IMG/VR virus record: IMGVR_UViG_3300020431_000009
Span: 550 to 64,549 of that record
Source of the DNA: a virus
Lineage: Duplodnaviria; Caudoviricetes
Direction: 5' to 3' (one strand)
Length of the DNA stretch: 64,000 bases
Shown: one piece after another, positions 45,531 through 54,689 of the stretch
How positions within the stretch are numbered: position 1 is the first letter of the stretch
Layout of the letters: each line of letters begins with the position of its first letter
The notes under the pieces: model-generated
Databases searched by the model: none
Seen by the model: the letters and a program-made list of their open reading frames with translations, nothing else
What the model was told of the DNA's origin: nothing
Made by a program: the position numbers and the translations under genes

Positions 45531-48433
45531 TATGTTAGAGACCTAATTTTTAAATCTTGGAACGCACCAAGACCTGCAGCATTCATATCAATGCCAGCAG
45601 ATACACCATTTGGATTAACTCCACCACTTTGCTTACCGCCGCCAGAACCATAGTAATTATTGACTACTGTAGGTGATCCACCGCCCACACGGGAAGCAGA
45701 TGCTACTTGTGCTGAAGTTGCCATGATAGGTGTTCCAGTTTGTGGTGATGCAGGTGCTGCAGAAATAGGACCAGGACTAGGAGTAGCGCCAGTAATAGTA
45801 TTCGCACCCAAAGCAGACATTCCAGCATTTTGGAACATTTTTGATTTTTGTTCTGCTGTTAAAGGAGCACCCGAAGGTGGAGCTCCAGGAGTTCCTGCTT
45901 GTGCAGTGGATACTGCCTGTTGACCAGGCATTCTATACAATGCTCCCTGTCCACCATAATATGAATTATATCCTTGTGCTGTAGAAGACCAACTCATCGC
46001 TGCTTTACCAGATGAATTGGATAAAATAAATTTATTATCGGTTGCAACACCAATATGTGCCTGTGGTGGAGACTTCTGATCCTTCATAACAAATACATCG
46101 CCTGGTTGTTGTTGACCATATGGGACCTGCTGCCAACCAGCATCAATCATAGATTTCTCAGCATCAGGAACATATAGTGATGATCCCCATGGTGGAGTGA
46201 TACCTGCTTTGTTGAATACTTTGTTTACAGCATATACACAACCATTCTGACCACCATCAGGACCGTCTGCTGTGCTCATTCCTTTCAAACTCTGTGCTGC
46301 AGCTGCAAGATTTTGAGATCCCCCAGATCCAGTTTGAGCAGCTGCTTTGAATGGCGACCCTGATGCCTTAAGTGCAGATAACTGACCCTTAACAGAAGAG
46401 AAACTAGTCAAAGATTTGTTAGTACCAACTCCATCATAAAATCCTTTTCCAGATGCATTTTTAGGTAGTGCTGCCCATTCCATAGAGAGATTTTTAGCAA
46501 ATTGATCTTCATCAATCTCTCCAGACATAAAGTCATCAATGCCTCTTCTCTTTAAAAGCAATTCAAAGATCTTGTCTTGACCTGCTTTATCAAATTTAAA
46601 TGATGAAGTATCAATACCAGCATTCTTAAGGACTTCACTGGCAGTTCTCATTTGAATTTGATAACGACCCATGGCAAACTGACCACCTTTTTCCGAATTT
46701 AATTGATCTATAGTTTTGCCAAGCACAGATTCATCTTTCGCTCCACCAACCATCTTAGTATAATCATTTCCAGACTCAAGACCACCAATAAAGTCTGCAA
46801 GTCCACCAGTATTAACTGAGGATAAATTTTTATCTCCACCAAGACCAAAGATATTATTAAGTCCACCACCTAGAAAATTACCTAAACCTTTAGCTAATCC
46901 ACCTATAATTGGACCAAATATTCCAGACATAATATTTCCAAAAAGATCACCAAACATTTTAAATCCACCCTTGTTTTCAAAATATAATTTAAGACCTGCT
47001 GACTGTAAATCAGCATATTCTTTTTTACCTTTTTTCTGTGCTTCAAGAATACCTTCACCCATTGCTTGGAAAGTTTTTCTGCCCCTTCTACCTTCTAATG
47101 GGAAAACACCTTCTGCTCCTGCTTCACCCATAAGGGCATTAGTCGGTTGTGTAATGATGCCACCCTTAGCGAATGGCGTCATTCCCATATCTCTAGCAGC
47201 AAGAGCAGCGTCAATACCAACTGATCCAACTGTGCCAATACCAGGAACTGTTGATGCTGCACCAGATGCTAACTCAAGACCAGCACCTACAAAATCACCC
47301 TGTAACGCTCTCTGCGCTGCAAAGACAGCACCAAGACCCAAACCAACTAAAGGTATCTTTTTACCAACTGATTTAGCAACAGCGCCCGCTCCTATCTTCG
47401 CAGCACCCTTAACACCAAGTTTAGCAGCTGCTTTGCCGCCATATTTACCTGCTGCTTTTGCTGCTGCTTTACCACCATATTTTGCTGCTAATCGTGTTCC
47501 TACTCGTGCTGCACCACGCTTACCAACTGCTTGTACTACCTTTTTAGCACCAACTTTGCCACCAATACCAAGTCCAGGACCACCACCAGCGCCACCGCCA
47601 CCAGATCCACCACCACCAGGTAGTAATTTTTGGAATTTTTCTGGTGTAGTAAATCCAGAACGATCAGAACCTTTTTCTAATGCTTTTTCTTCGCCTCTAG
47701 CAAGTGCTCTAGAAGCAAGTTTATCTGATTGAGCTTGTTGCTCGTTATGCATCGAGCGTTGCGATTTTGTCTGCTCTTCTGTTAGATTGGATAAAGTAAC
47801 AATTGCTTGTGTATTCCTATTAACAGCAGCGACAATATCGACACCACTATCAGGTGAAATTGCAGGAGTATTTGCCGAAGCAGTTCGCATTTCCTGCGAT
47901 TTTCTGAAATCTGAAACTCTTTGCGATTTTGTTAAATATTCTCCACTATCACCAACACCAGTTTGCGCTTTTGCAAAGAAATTTTCTGCATTTAGCGGTT
48001 TTGCTTGTGGTGCAGAAGTAGAACCAAAATCAGTAAAAGTTCCACCTTTTCTGGTCTGTGGACCACCTGCTACATCAGGATCAGTAGTTCCTAAGTATTT
48101 TTGTTCTTTTCTATTAATATCAGTGGCATTTCTACCAACAATAGCAGTTTTTGCTTCTGTGTTTACAATACCTGCTTTTTTGGGAGCAATAGCACTAGAA
48201 GTAGCACCTGTTAGTAGTTTTGTTGCAGCACCGCCAAGCATTTTCTGCCCTGACGGTGGAAGTTGTGCTCTATCCTTTCCCCCAGGTAATAAATCCCTTA
48301 CTTCTTTTACGTTAGCGTTAACGACACGGAGATCTTTACGGAAAAGTTTCTTGAATGCATCATATAATTTCTTATATGGGATTCCAAGTCCTTCTCCTGA
48401 TACTGCTTCTGGTGTAAGATAACCGTGTGCCAT
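45530..48433 (-). CDS. tape-measure-like (gp29-like) protein with lysozyme-like and NlpC/P60-CHAP-like domains
   Basis: Ala/Gly-rich helical stretch; LES...AMGRYQI...EWAALP muramidase-like; GCVYAV...PGDV...HIGV amidase-like. Confidence 0.7.
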   Translation of the reverse strand: MAHGYLTPEAVSGEGLGIPYKKLYDAFKKLFRKDLRVVNANVKEVRDLLPGGKDRAQLPPSGQKMLGGAATKLLTGATSSAIAPKKAGIVNTEAKTAIVGRNATDINRKEQKYLGTTDPDVAGGPQTRKGGTFTDFGSTSAPQAKPLNAENFFAKAQTGVGDSGEYLTKSQRVSDFRKSQEMRTASANTPAISPDSGVDIVAAVNRNTQAIVTLSNLTEEQTKSQRSMHNEQQAQSDKLASRALARGEEKALEKGSDRSGFTTPEKFQKLLPGGGGSGGGGAGGGPGLGIGGKVGAKKVVQAVGKRGAARVGTRLAAKYGGKAAAKAAGKYGGKAAAKLGVKGAAKIGAGAVAKSVGKKIPLVGLGLGAVFAAQRALQGDFVGAGLELASGAASTVPGIGTVGSVGIDAALAARDMGMTPFAKGGIITQPTNALMGEAGAEGVFPLEGRRGRKTFQAMGEGILEAQKKGKKEYADLQSAGLKLYFENKGGFKMFGDLFGNIMSGIFGPIIGGLAKGLGNFLGGGLNNIFGLGGDKNLSSVNTGGLADFIGGLESGNDYTKMVGGAKDESVLGKTIDQLNSEKGGQFAMGRYQIQMRTASEVLKNAGIDTSSFKFDKAGQDKIFELLLKRRGIDDFMSGEIDEDQFAKNLSMEWAALPKNASGKGFYDGVGTNKSLTSFSSVKGQLSALKASGSPFKAAAQTGSGGSQNLAAAAQSLKGMSTADGPDGGQNGCVYAVNKVFNKAGITPPWGSSLYVPDAEKSMIDAGWQQVPYGQQQPGDVFVMKDQKSPPQAHIGVATDNKFILSNSSGKAAMSWSSTAQGYNSYYGGQGALYRMPGQQAVSTAQAGTPGAPPSGAPLTAEQKSKMFQNAGMSALGANTITGATPSPGPISAAPASPQTGTPIMATSAQVASASRVGGGSPTVVNNYYGSGGGKQSGGVNPNGVSAGIDMNAAGLGAFQDLKIRSLT

Positions 48434-48435
48434 TA

Positions 48436-48627
48436 TTACCTTGCTGCTTTTTCTTGTTCTTGTTTGACTTGTTCTAGGTATTGCATGAGGAGACTAGTGT
48501 AAACTTGTCTCTCCCAAGGCATCATATCTTCTATTTCACTCAAACTATATTTATGGTGTTGCATCAAGGCAAAATTAGTCTTGTAATACCCCTCTAACGT
48601 GTTATGAAAGAGGCTTATCCGAAAAAA
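48436..48627 (-). CDS. gp51-like baseplate hub assembly segment, probably reached by -1 frameshift from gp26
   Basis: -1 frame is open 48627-48436 (...YYKTNFALMQHHKYSLSEIEDMMPWERQVY...); first ATG only at 48564, without an SD. Confidence 0.75.
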   Translation of the reverse strand, partial: FFRISLFHNTLEGYYKTNFALMQHHKYSLSEIEDMMPWERQVYTSLLMQYLEQVKQEQEKAAR

Positions 48628-49325
48628 TTAGATAATCCTTGAATTACAACACTATTTTCAACTCCAGTATTTGGGTTTTTTAACTTAATCTCATGTTTAA
48701 GGACTGGCATCTCAGAGAAAAATTCCTGAACTTTTTCAAATTGCTTATTTGTCAATCCTTCAATAAATTCAACAAATTCTTTTTTTGATGTGGTCGAACT
48801 GTCGTATACATCTTCACCATCAAAAATTTGATCGACGCATTTTCCCATGATCTCAATAACTTGTTCGCTAGTATCTTTTGCGATAATTGATACTTTTACA
48901 AATTCTTCAAATGAAGGATACTTCATAATAAGTCCCATACTGTCTGACAGCATGATTTTACTAGAATGGTCTTCTGATTTGATAACTTGGACATCTGTCA
49001 AATTAAGATTGTACTTAACTTGCGTTTCACCGTCATCTTCACATGTTAGCAACATTTCAACAACTTCGCCAACTGATACAGCACGAATTTGTAAGAAAAT
49101 ATATTCTAAATCAAAAATCGCTAAATCTTCTAATTTTACGCGAGTTGTAATACAATTTTTCAGTAATGTCCTTGTAGCATCCTCAATCTGCTTATCATCT
49201 CCAGATTCGAGTGCCAACAATAATAGTTTTTCTTCTTTTACGACAAATGGGCGATATTTGATTTTTTTGCCATTTGAAGGAATTTCCAATTCATAAGTTG
49301 GTAATGCAACTTTTGGTAATGCCAT
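48615..49325 (-). CDS. baseplate hub assembly protein gp26-like
   Basis: MALPK..PTYEL.IPS..KKIKYRPF.VKEEK.LL; late promoter CTAAATA at about 49349-49355. Confidence 0.9.
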   Translation of the reverse strand: MALPKVALPTYELEIPSNGKKIKYRPFVVKEEKLLLLALESGDDKQIEDATRTLLKNCITTRVKLEDLAIFDLEYIFLQIRAVSVGEVVEMLLTCEDDGETQVKYNLNLTDVQVIKSEDHSSKIMLSDSMGLIMKYPSFEEFVKVSIIAKDTSEQVIEIMGKCVDQIFDGEDVYDSSTTSKKEFVEFIEGLTNKQFEKVQEFFSEMPVLKHEIKLKNPNTGVENSVVIQGLSNFFG

Positions 49326-49360
49326 TATACTTAGATCATATCATATTAATATTTAGTGCG

Positions 49361-49404
49361 ACTTTTTGACGCAAAAATGGGCGGGGAAAATTTTCCCACT
49401 TTTA
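49361..49404. repeat. 44-bp phased A/T-tract element, copy 1
   Basis: 34/44 gapless identity with 52947-52990. Confidence 0.6.
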
Positions 49405-49410
49405 TGGAAT

Positions 49411-50058
49411 TCAAAAGTTAATTTTCGGTCTAATATCGTTCTTAATCACATAGTGTCTCATGTAAGAGAACTGTGCTGTTACTTGCGTCAACTGACTATT
49501 ACCAAACTGTAAAGGTATTGCATCAATAGCATAGGGATATGCTTGCTCCAAAATATATGTAATGGGTGCTCTTTCTATGGGAGAATTTGGTCCAATTTCA
49601 GTCTTGGTAATAGCAATTTTACATGCATATTCATCCCTATATTTCAATTTAATATTTCTTCTCTCTGGTCTACCAGCATCGAAAGCAGAAGATTCCATTT
49701 CAGATTTTGATCTACCAGAAAAATCTTCGCCAGTTTCATTAAAAATAGAGTCAGTCCAATCTTGTAAAAATTTAAGCGATGTCATATTAGCATCACACAT
49801 AAATCCCAATTGAATTTCAGTAAACACTCTTGTATGAGGATAGTTTACAGAACCACTACCAACATACGTGCCATTCATTTGACCTTGTGCTGTATTAGTG
49901 TTTGGCAATTGTGCTTCAGTGCAAAACATTTCAAAGTAGTCAGATGATTGTCCACCCGGAGGAGTAATTGGTGGATTGATAAACTTCACAACAAAGTTAT
50001 TACTGAACGACATTCCGCCGTTTGCTGCCATTGTTGTTAATAGACGATCTATCGACAC
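49411..50058 (-). CDS. tail tube/baseplate initiator protein (gp54/gp19-like)
   Basis: N.F.V.F, C..AQLP, F..W, Y.L..AYP..I, V.F.Y tube fold motifs. Confidence 0.7.
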   Translation of the reverse strand: MSIDRLLTTMAANGGMSFSNNFVVKFINPPITPPGGQSSDYFEMFCTEAQLPNTNTAQGQMNGTYVGSGSVNYPHTRVFTEIQLGFMCDANMTSLKFLQDWTDSIFNETGEDFSGRSKSEMESSAFDAGRPERRNIKLKYRDEYACKIAITKTEIGPNSPIERAPITYILEQAYPYAIDAIPLQFGNSQLTQVTAQFSYMRHYVIKNDIRPKINF

Positions 50059-50089
50059 ACTAAATACCTATGTTGGTCCTTCTATATTT

Positions 50090-50521
50090 ATGGCATACTC
50101 TGGATTTTACAAACCCAAAAATCCTACTAAGTATCGTGGCAATCCTTCAAACATAGTTTATAGATCACTATGGGAACGTAAGTTCATGGTGTTCTGTGAT
50201 AGTAATCCCTCAATAATTGAATGGGGTAGCGAAGAAGTAATCATTCCTTATCGCGCACCTGATGGTAAAGTAAGACGATATTTTCCTGACTTTTACATTA
50301 AAGTAAAAGAAAAGAGTGGAAAACTTACCAAGTATATTATTGAGATCAAACCCAAAAAACAAACAAAACCACCGAATGAGAAAAATAAAAAAACTGCTGC
50401 CTATCGTAATGCCGCACTAACTTATGTAAAGAACCAAACTAAATGGTCCGCTGCGAGAGAGTATTGTGAAGACAGGCAGATGAACTTCTTAATACTAACC
50501 GAAGATCACTTAGGAGTCTAA
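50090..50521 (+). CDS. head completion protein gp4
   Basis: Start revised to ATG 50090: MAYSG.YKP.NP.KY.G...YRS.WE...WGSEE..IPY...RYFPDF..EIKP. Confidence 0.9.
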   Translation: MAYSGFYKPKNPTKYRGNPSNIVYRSLWERKFMVFCDSNPSIIEWGSEEVIIPYRAPDGKVRRYFPDFYIKVKEKSGKLTKYIIEIKPKKQTKPPNEKNKKTAAYRNAALTYVKNQTKWSAAREYCEDRQMNFLILTEDHLGV

Positions 50522-50522
50522 A

Positions 50523-51212
50523 ATGGCAACCGGATTTGCGTCAGTCCAACGTAATATTACAAATAAAGACCCAGGATACAAGACATTATTTGAAAGAGTA
50601 TCCAATTCCACAGGAGGAGAAAAGAAATCTCTAACTTGGTATAGATCTGCAGTAAAAGCAGAAGCAAGTAAATACAAAAAGAATTTTAACAATTACATCT
50701 TAGACGAACGTAAAGATCGTGCTGGTGCTGTCAAAGAACAAGACAAGAATGAACTGCGTAGATATGCAGTAGCAGGTCATCTGTATATGTTTGAGTATAA
50801 GGCAAAGATGAAGCATCTGCCTTACTACGATAGATTTCCTTTGCTATATTGTTTTAAGGCACCAGGGAAAAGTGAATTTTGGGGTGCTAACTTACACTAC
50901 CTGTCCCCAAAGAAAAGATTGATTGTTACAAAGAAATTGATGCAAGGCAGAGTTGATATACCTAAGGTATGTTTTCATAAATATCTGAGTAGTCATGTAG
51001 ACGGATTATATCTTGACCTTGCTTCAACAGAATGGGACACTGCTATTCTTTTGCCAACCGAGGATTTTGTGAAAGATGTTAATGGAAGAACTTTCCCTAT
51101 CGATAAAAAGATTGTGTGGGAAGAAACTGATGACAAATTCTACGATAAAATCTCAGGTCAAAGAATGATTAAAGGATATGGAACTAAGCAGTCAAAGGAG
51201 ATGTCTAAGTAA
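50523..51212 (+). CDS. DNA end protector gp2
   Basis: LYMFEY.AK..LPYYDRFPL, GANLHYL, HKYL..HV. Confidence 0.85.
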   Translation: MATGFASVQRNITNKDPGYKTLFERVSNSTGGEKKSLTWYRSAVKAEASKYKKNFNNYILDERKDRAGAVKEQDKNELRRYAVAGHLYMFEYKAKMKHLPYYDRFPLLYCFKAPGKSEFWGANLHYLSPKKRLIVTKKLMQGRVDIPKVCFHKYLSSHVDGLYLDLASTEWDTAILLPTEDFVKDVNGRTFPIDKKIVWEETDDKFYDKISGQRMIKGYGTKQSKEMSK

Positions 51213-52318
51213 TGAAAACAAATACTGGCGGTAAACCAACTGCTAATGGCACCAAAATAGGTCAAACTGTAAAGACTGAAGCAGCAGGAGCACAAGGAAG
51301 TAAGTATCAAGTTTACTATCAATGGGATGGTTCTACGTGGAATAGTATTAATAAATCAAAGTACTTAGAGTCTACGCCATCTGGAACATTCTCTTATAAA
51401 ACAGTAGCAGCTCCAACTCTTTCGAGTGCTACTGGTTCTCGTAGATATCCAAGAGATGCAGCGATGACAGCGAATTCTGATTATGTATTATTTGAATTTT
51501 ATGAATACCAACCACCATTTCAAAACATAAACAAAGGTAACACTAAAGATAACAGCACACCTCTTGCAACATATAACGAAAGTGTTGCTGCAGAAAAATT
51601 TTACAAAAAAACTACAGAGCAATCAATTATCCTATACATGCCAGAAGATGTTTCTACTGGATACAAAGCGAACTGGAGTGGTAAAGCATTCAGTAATATT
51701 GGCAGAGATGCACTTACAACAGCAGGATCTGGTGATTTTGGTCAAGGGATGCAAAATGCTTTAACTACAGCAGGAACTGCATTTGATCAAGCTATTCCGA
51801 ATTTAGGTAATAAAGTTATTAGAGATACTATATCAAAAATTACTGGCGAATCTTTAAGTCAGAATGATGTTTTTGGTGCAACTCGTGGTGTTATCCTTAA
51901 CCCTAACGTTGAACTATTATTTACTGGAACAGATCTCAGGAATATTTCTCTAAATTACAAACTTGTTCCAAGAAATGCATTAGAAGCAACAGAGATTAAA
52001 GAAATTTGTAGAATATTTAAACGTGCAATGCTACCTAAGTTTTCAAAAGGAAACGAGTTAAATTTTTCACAAGGAACAAATGCAAAAAATAATTTTATTA
52101 GAGTTCCAAATGTCTGTCGATTAACATTTATGCGTGGTAATGGTCCTAACCCAGATGTAGCACAGTATAAAATATGTGCCACGACAAATGTAGAAATTAA
52201 TTACACTCCTGATGGAACGTATGCTACATATGATGATGGCAGTATGGTTGCTATTGGTTTATCATTATCATTCCAAGAAACAAAACTCATTTTCTCAGAA
52301 GAGGCAGACAAATACTGA
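51212..52318 (+). CDS. baseplate tail-tube cap gp48
   Basis: LYMPE, NPN.ELLF.G..LR, L.P.N..E..I, NY.PDG, L.F.E..L. Confidence 0.85.
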   Translation: MKTNTGGKPTANGTKIGQTVKTEAAGAQGSKYQVYYQWDGSTWNSINKSKYLESTPSGTFSYKTVAAPTLSSATGSRRYPRDAAMTANSDYVLFEFYEYQPPFQNINKGNTKDNSTPLATYNESVAAEKFYKKTTEQSIILYMPEDVSTGYKANWSGKAFSNIGRDALTTAGSGDFGQGMQNALTTAGTAFDQAIPNLGNKVIRDTISKITGESLSQNDVFGATRGVILNPNVELLFTGTDLRNISLNYKLVPRNALEATEIKEICRIFKRAMLPKFSKGNELNFSQGTNAKNNFIRVPNVCRLTFMRGNGPNPDVAQYKICATTNVEINYTPDGTYATYDDGSMVAIGLSLSFQETKLIFSEEADKY

Positions 52319-52947
52319 TGTACTTCTCACTAATCCCAAACATCTCATACGATGAGAAACCGATCAGTTATCCTTTCTCAGAATCTGATTTTATAACTGC
52401 GAAAAATTTCTTTCGTAGATACAAAATTAATGATGATGTATTATCATACGCAGTAATTTTCAACAAGTATACAATTGAAGATCTTGATAGACCAGATACT
52501 CTTGCTGATAGAATGTATGGAAATCCATTTTTTGATTGGGTAATTTTACTGACAAACAATATGGTTAACGCTCAGTATGATTGGCCGATGACAAACTATG
52601 AGTTAACTAGTGTGCTAGAGTCAGAATTTGATGATCCATATGGAGAGATCAATCACTACGAAACATATGAAATTGGTCAGTACCCTGCTGGTGTTCATGT
52701 AGATGAGACTTTCTACAATACTACACATAAATTGAATATCAATGGTGCTATGACAATAAAAAACGGCAACGAGATTTGTCGTGCCGTTACCGTTGCTGAA
52801 TACTATACTGCTGAGAATGAAAAGAAGCGTCCCATTTACTTATTAAAACCAGCATACTTCCAACAGTTTATAGATGATTTTAGAAAAAGAAATTTATACA
52901 AAAAAGACGCCAACTATATTAGTCAGCGTCTAAAGAAAACTGGTTGA
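52318..52947 (+). CDS. baseplate wedge subunit gp53
   Basis: MYFS..P, RPD.LA..MYG...DWVILL.N, DWP, HYET, NE.KR.I.LLK. Confidence 0.9.
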   Translation: MYFSLIPNISYDEKPISYPFSESDFITAKNFFRRYKINDDVLSYAVIFNKYTIEDLDRPDTLADRMYGNPFFDWVILLTNNMVNAQYDWPMTNYELTSVLESEFDDPYGEINHYETYEIGQYPAGVHVDETFYNTTHKLNINGAMTIKNGNEICRAVTVAEYYTAENEKKRPIYLLKPAYFQQFIDDFRKRNLYKKDANYISQRLKKTG

Positions 52948-52990
52948 CTTTTTCAGGCAAAAATTTGCCCGAAATTTTTTCCCAGTTTTA
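52947..52990. repeat. 44-bp phased A/T-tract element, copy 2
   Basis: Lies at the convergent junction after gp53; matches 49361-49404. Confidence 0.6.
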
Positions 52991-53197
52991 TCGTTTTGAA
53001 AAACCCAATTGGTAGCAAGTAGATGTTGCTATTTCTGGTTTCTTTTTCAATACTCTGTAAGCATGACCATGAACATCTGTTTCTAAAGTAAGGTGTGCTT
53101 TAGTGTGAACGATCTGAATCACCAGTAACATACCAAACAACGAAAGGTTGACCAGAGTTACTGGATGAAGCAGAGCTTTACCAAGAGTTTTAATCAC
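52988..53197 (-). CDS. small membrane protein
   Basis: One hydrophobic helix; GTG start overlapping the upstream stop. Confidence 0.6.
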   Translation of the reverse strand: MIKTLGKALLHPVTLVNLSLFGMLLVIQIVHTKAHLTLETDVHGHAYRVLKKKPEIATSTCYQLGFSKR

Positions 53198-53307
53198 TTA
53201 ATGAATTTATCCATTCTTAATTTGATGTAATACATTCCGAGGACCCACAGGGAGAAGAGGAACCCCTCCCCGTAGGACATGGAGTTCCAAGCGTGAACTA
53301 CATCCAT
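53194..53307 (-). CDS. small membrane peptide (37 aa)
   Basis: Hand-read MDVVHAWNSMSYGEGFLFSLWVLGMYYIKLRMDKFIK; TGATG coupling to gp32. Confidence 0.55.
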   Translation of the reverse strand: MDVVHAWNSMSYGEGFLFSLWVLGMYYIKLRMDKFIK

Positions 53308-54230
53308 CACTCTTCAGCAAGACGTGCGAAGTAAGACAGTGCGTCGTCATCCTCAACGATTGCCTCTTCCTTGACGGGAGAGGGAGCATTCATCTGCTGA
53401 CGGAAAGAAGATCCACCAGTGATGTCAGGGTCGTTGAACCCACCAGTAGCAGCGACTGGTTCATACTCTTCGCTGTCTACTGTAGGAACAGCAGTGCGTT
53501 GAGTGATACCAAGCACCATGTTCAGACGACGCTCAAGATCCTCATAGGATTTGAACTGATCTTTATTGGTGAATGCTTCAAGAGAATTCTCTTGCTTCCA
53601 GATTGCTTCTAGTTGATCATCATCAGCTGACAGAGCAGAGACAGAATCAAACTCAGAACTATCATAGTTCCAGTAACCTGCGACCTTCTTGATCTTCAGT
53701 TTGAAGTTAGCACCTTCCCAAAGGTCAAAGACATTAACTGGTGTCTCATCTTGGAACTCAGGTTGCATAGCAGAGAGGATCTTGTCATGGATCTTCTTGC
53801 CAAACTTGTAAAGGAATACTTTACCTTCGTTCTCAGGGTGCTTAGGATCTTTCACGACATAGATGTTGCTGTAATACTGGAGCTTACGCTTCTGTTTACG
53901 AGCAGTTTCTTTGTCTTCATCTGCACCGCTATTCCAGAGACGGCGGTTCACTTCACCAACGGGATCCTTCTCGTTGAGTGTAGTTAGAGAGTTTTCAATA
54001 TACCAACCACCAATACCTTGGAAGGCATGGGAGTATAGTTTTGCCCAAGGAACGGTCTCGCCGTCAGGGGCAGGGAGGAAACGGATAACAGCGTATCCAT
54101 TTCCAGAAGCGTCAACCTCTGGTTTCCAGAAACGTTCATCAACGTTCTTACCGCTGGATGATTTCTCTAATTCCTTTTGAAGGAAGTCAAAGTTGGTCTG
54201 GGATTTACGCTTAAGGTCTGAAAAAGACAT
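53307..54230 (-). CDS. single-stranded DNA-binding protein gp32
   Basis: D.RFWKP..D.SGNGYAVIRFLP, WYIENSLTT, WNYDSSEF, acidic C-terminal tail. Confidence 0.97.
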   Translation of the reverse strand: MSFSDLKRKSQTNFDFLQKELEKSSSGKNVDERFWKPEVDASGNGYAVIRFLPAPDGETVPWAKLYSHAFQGIGGWYIENSLTTLNEKDPVGEVNRRLWNSGADEDKETARKQKRKLQYYSNIYVVKDPKHPENEGKVFLYKFGKKIHDKILSAMQPEFQDETPVNVFDLWEGANFKLKIKKVAGYWNYDSSEFDSVSALSADDDQLEAIWKQENSLEAFTNKDQFKSYEDLERRLNMVLGITQRTAVPTVDSEEYEPVAATGGFNDPDITGGSSFRQQMNAPSPVKEEAIVEDDDALSYFARLAEE

Positions 54231-54316
54231 AGGATTTTTAGATTGAATTGGATTTGGTTTTCGTGTTGGGTCTTACGTGCGAACCAGTCTCCCAGTCCCG
54301 TCTGCCCAACGAAGTT

Positions 54317-54345
54317 ATTATAACAGGTGGTGGGGTGGGCGTCAA
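54317..54345 (-). promoter_or_regulatory. sigma70-type promoter of gp32
   Basis: TTGACG-17 nt-TATAAT. Confidence 0.85.
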
Positions 54346-54689
54346 CCCGGCGGTCCCTCACCATTTTCAAAACGAGTCTTGAGAATTTGAACTTTCTCCA
54401 ACAACTCATCAAACATCTGCTCGATAGGTGTGCCAGGTGTAGCACCTAGCATAACAACCCCTTGCTTCATTGTCTCAAGGACAGAGACAGCTTCAGGATC
54501 GTCACTCAACTTGATGCGAGCATGAAAGATCTTTTGTTTTTCAATAAGAGTTGCTAGAGTATCAAAGTATTCTAGTTTACGTTCTTCATTGAGAAGAGCA
54601 AAGTTCATAGCAGATCTAAAACAATACTGCTGAAGTTCCATCATCTCTTGGATATCTCCTCGGATGATATCTGATTTAAAGAAGCTCAT
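54342..54689 (-). CDS. conserved cyanophage protein (DUF1825-like)
   Basis: MSFF.S..I..EM..LQ, Q..F..R..LSDDPEA. Confidence 0.65.
   Translation of the reverse strand: MSFFKSDIIRGDIQEMMELQQYCFRSAMNFALLNEERKLEYFDTLATLIEKQKIFHARIKLSDDPEAVSVLETMKQGVVMLGATPGTPIEQMFDELLEKVQILKTRFENGEGPPG

Noticed and set aside
49976-50089. N-terminal extension of gp4 in the ORF track
   Set aside because: It overlaps the divergent gp54-like gene; conserved gp4 begins at MAYSG (50090)
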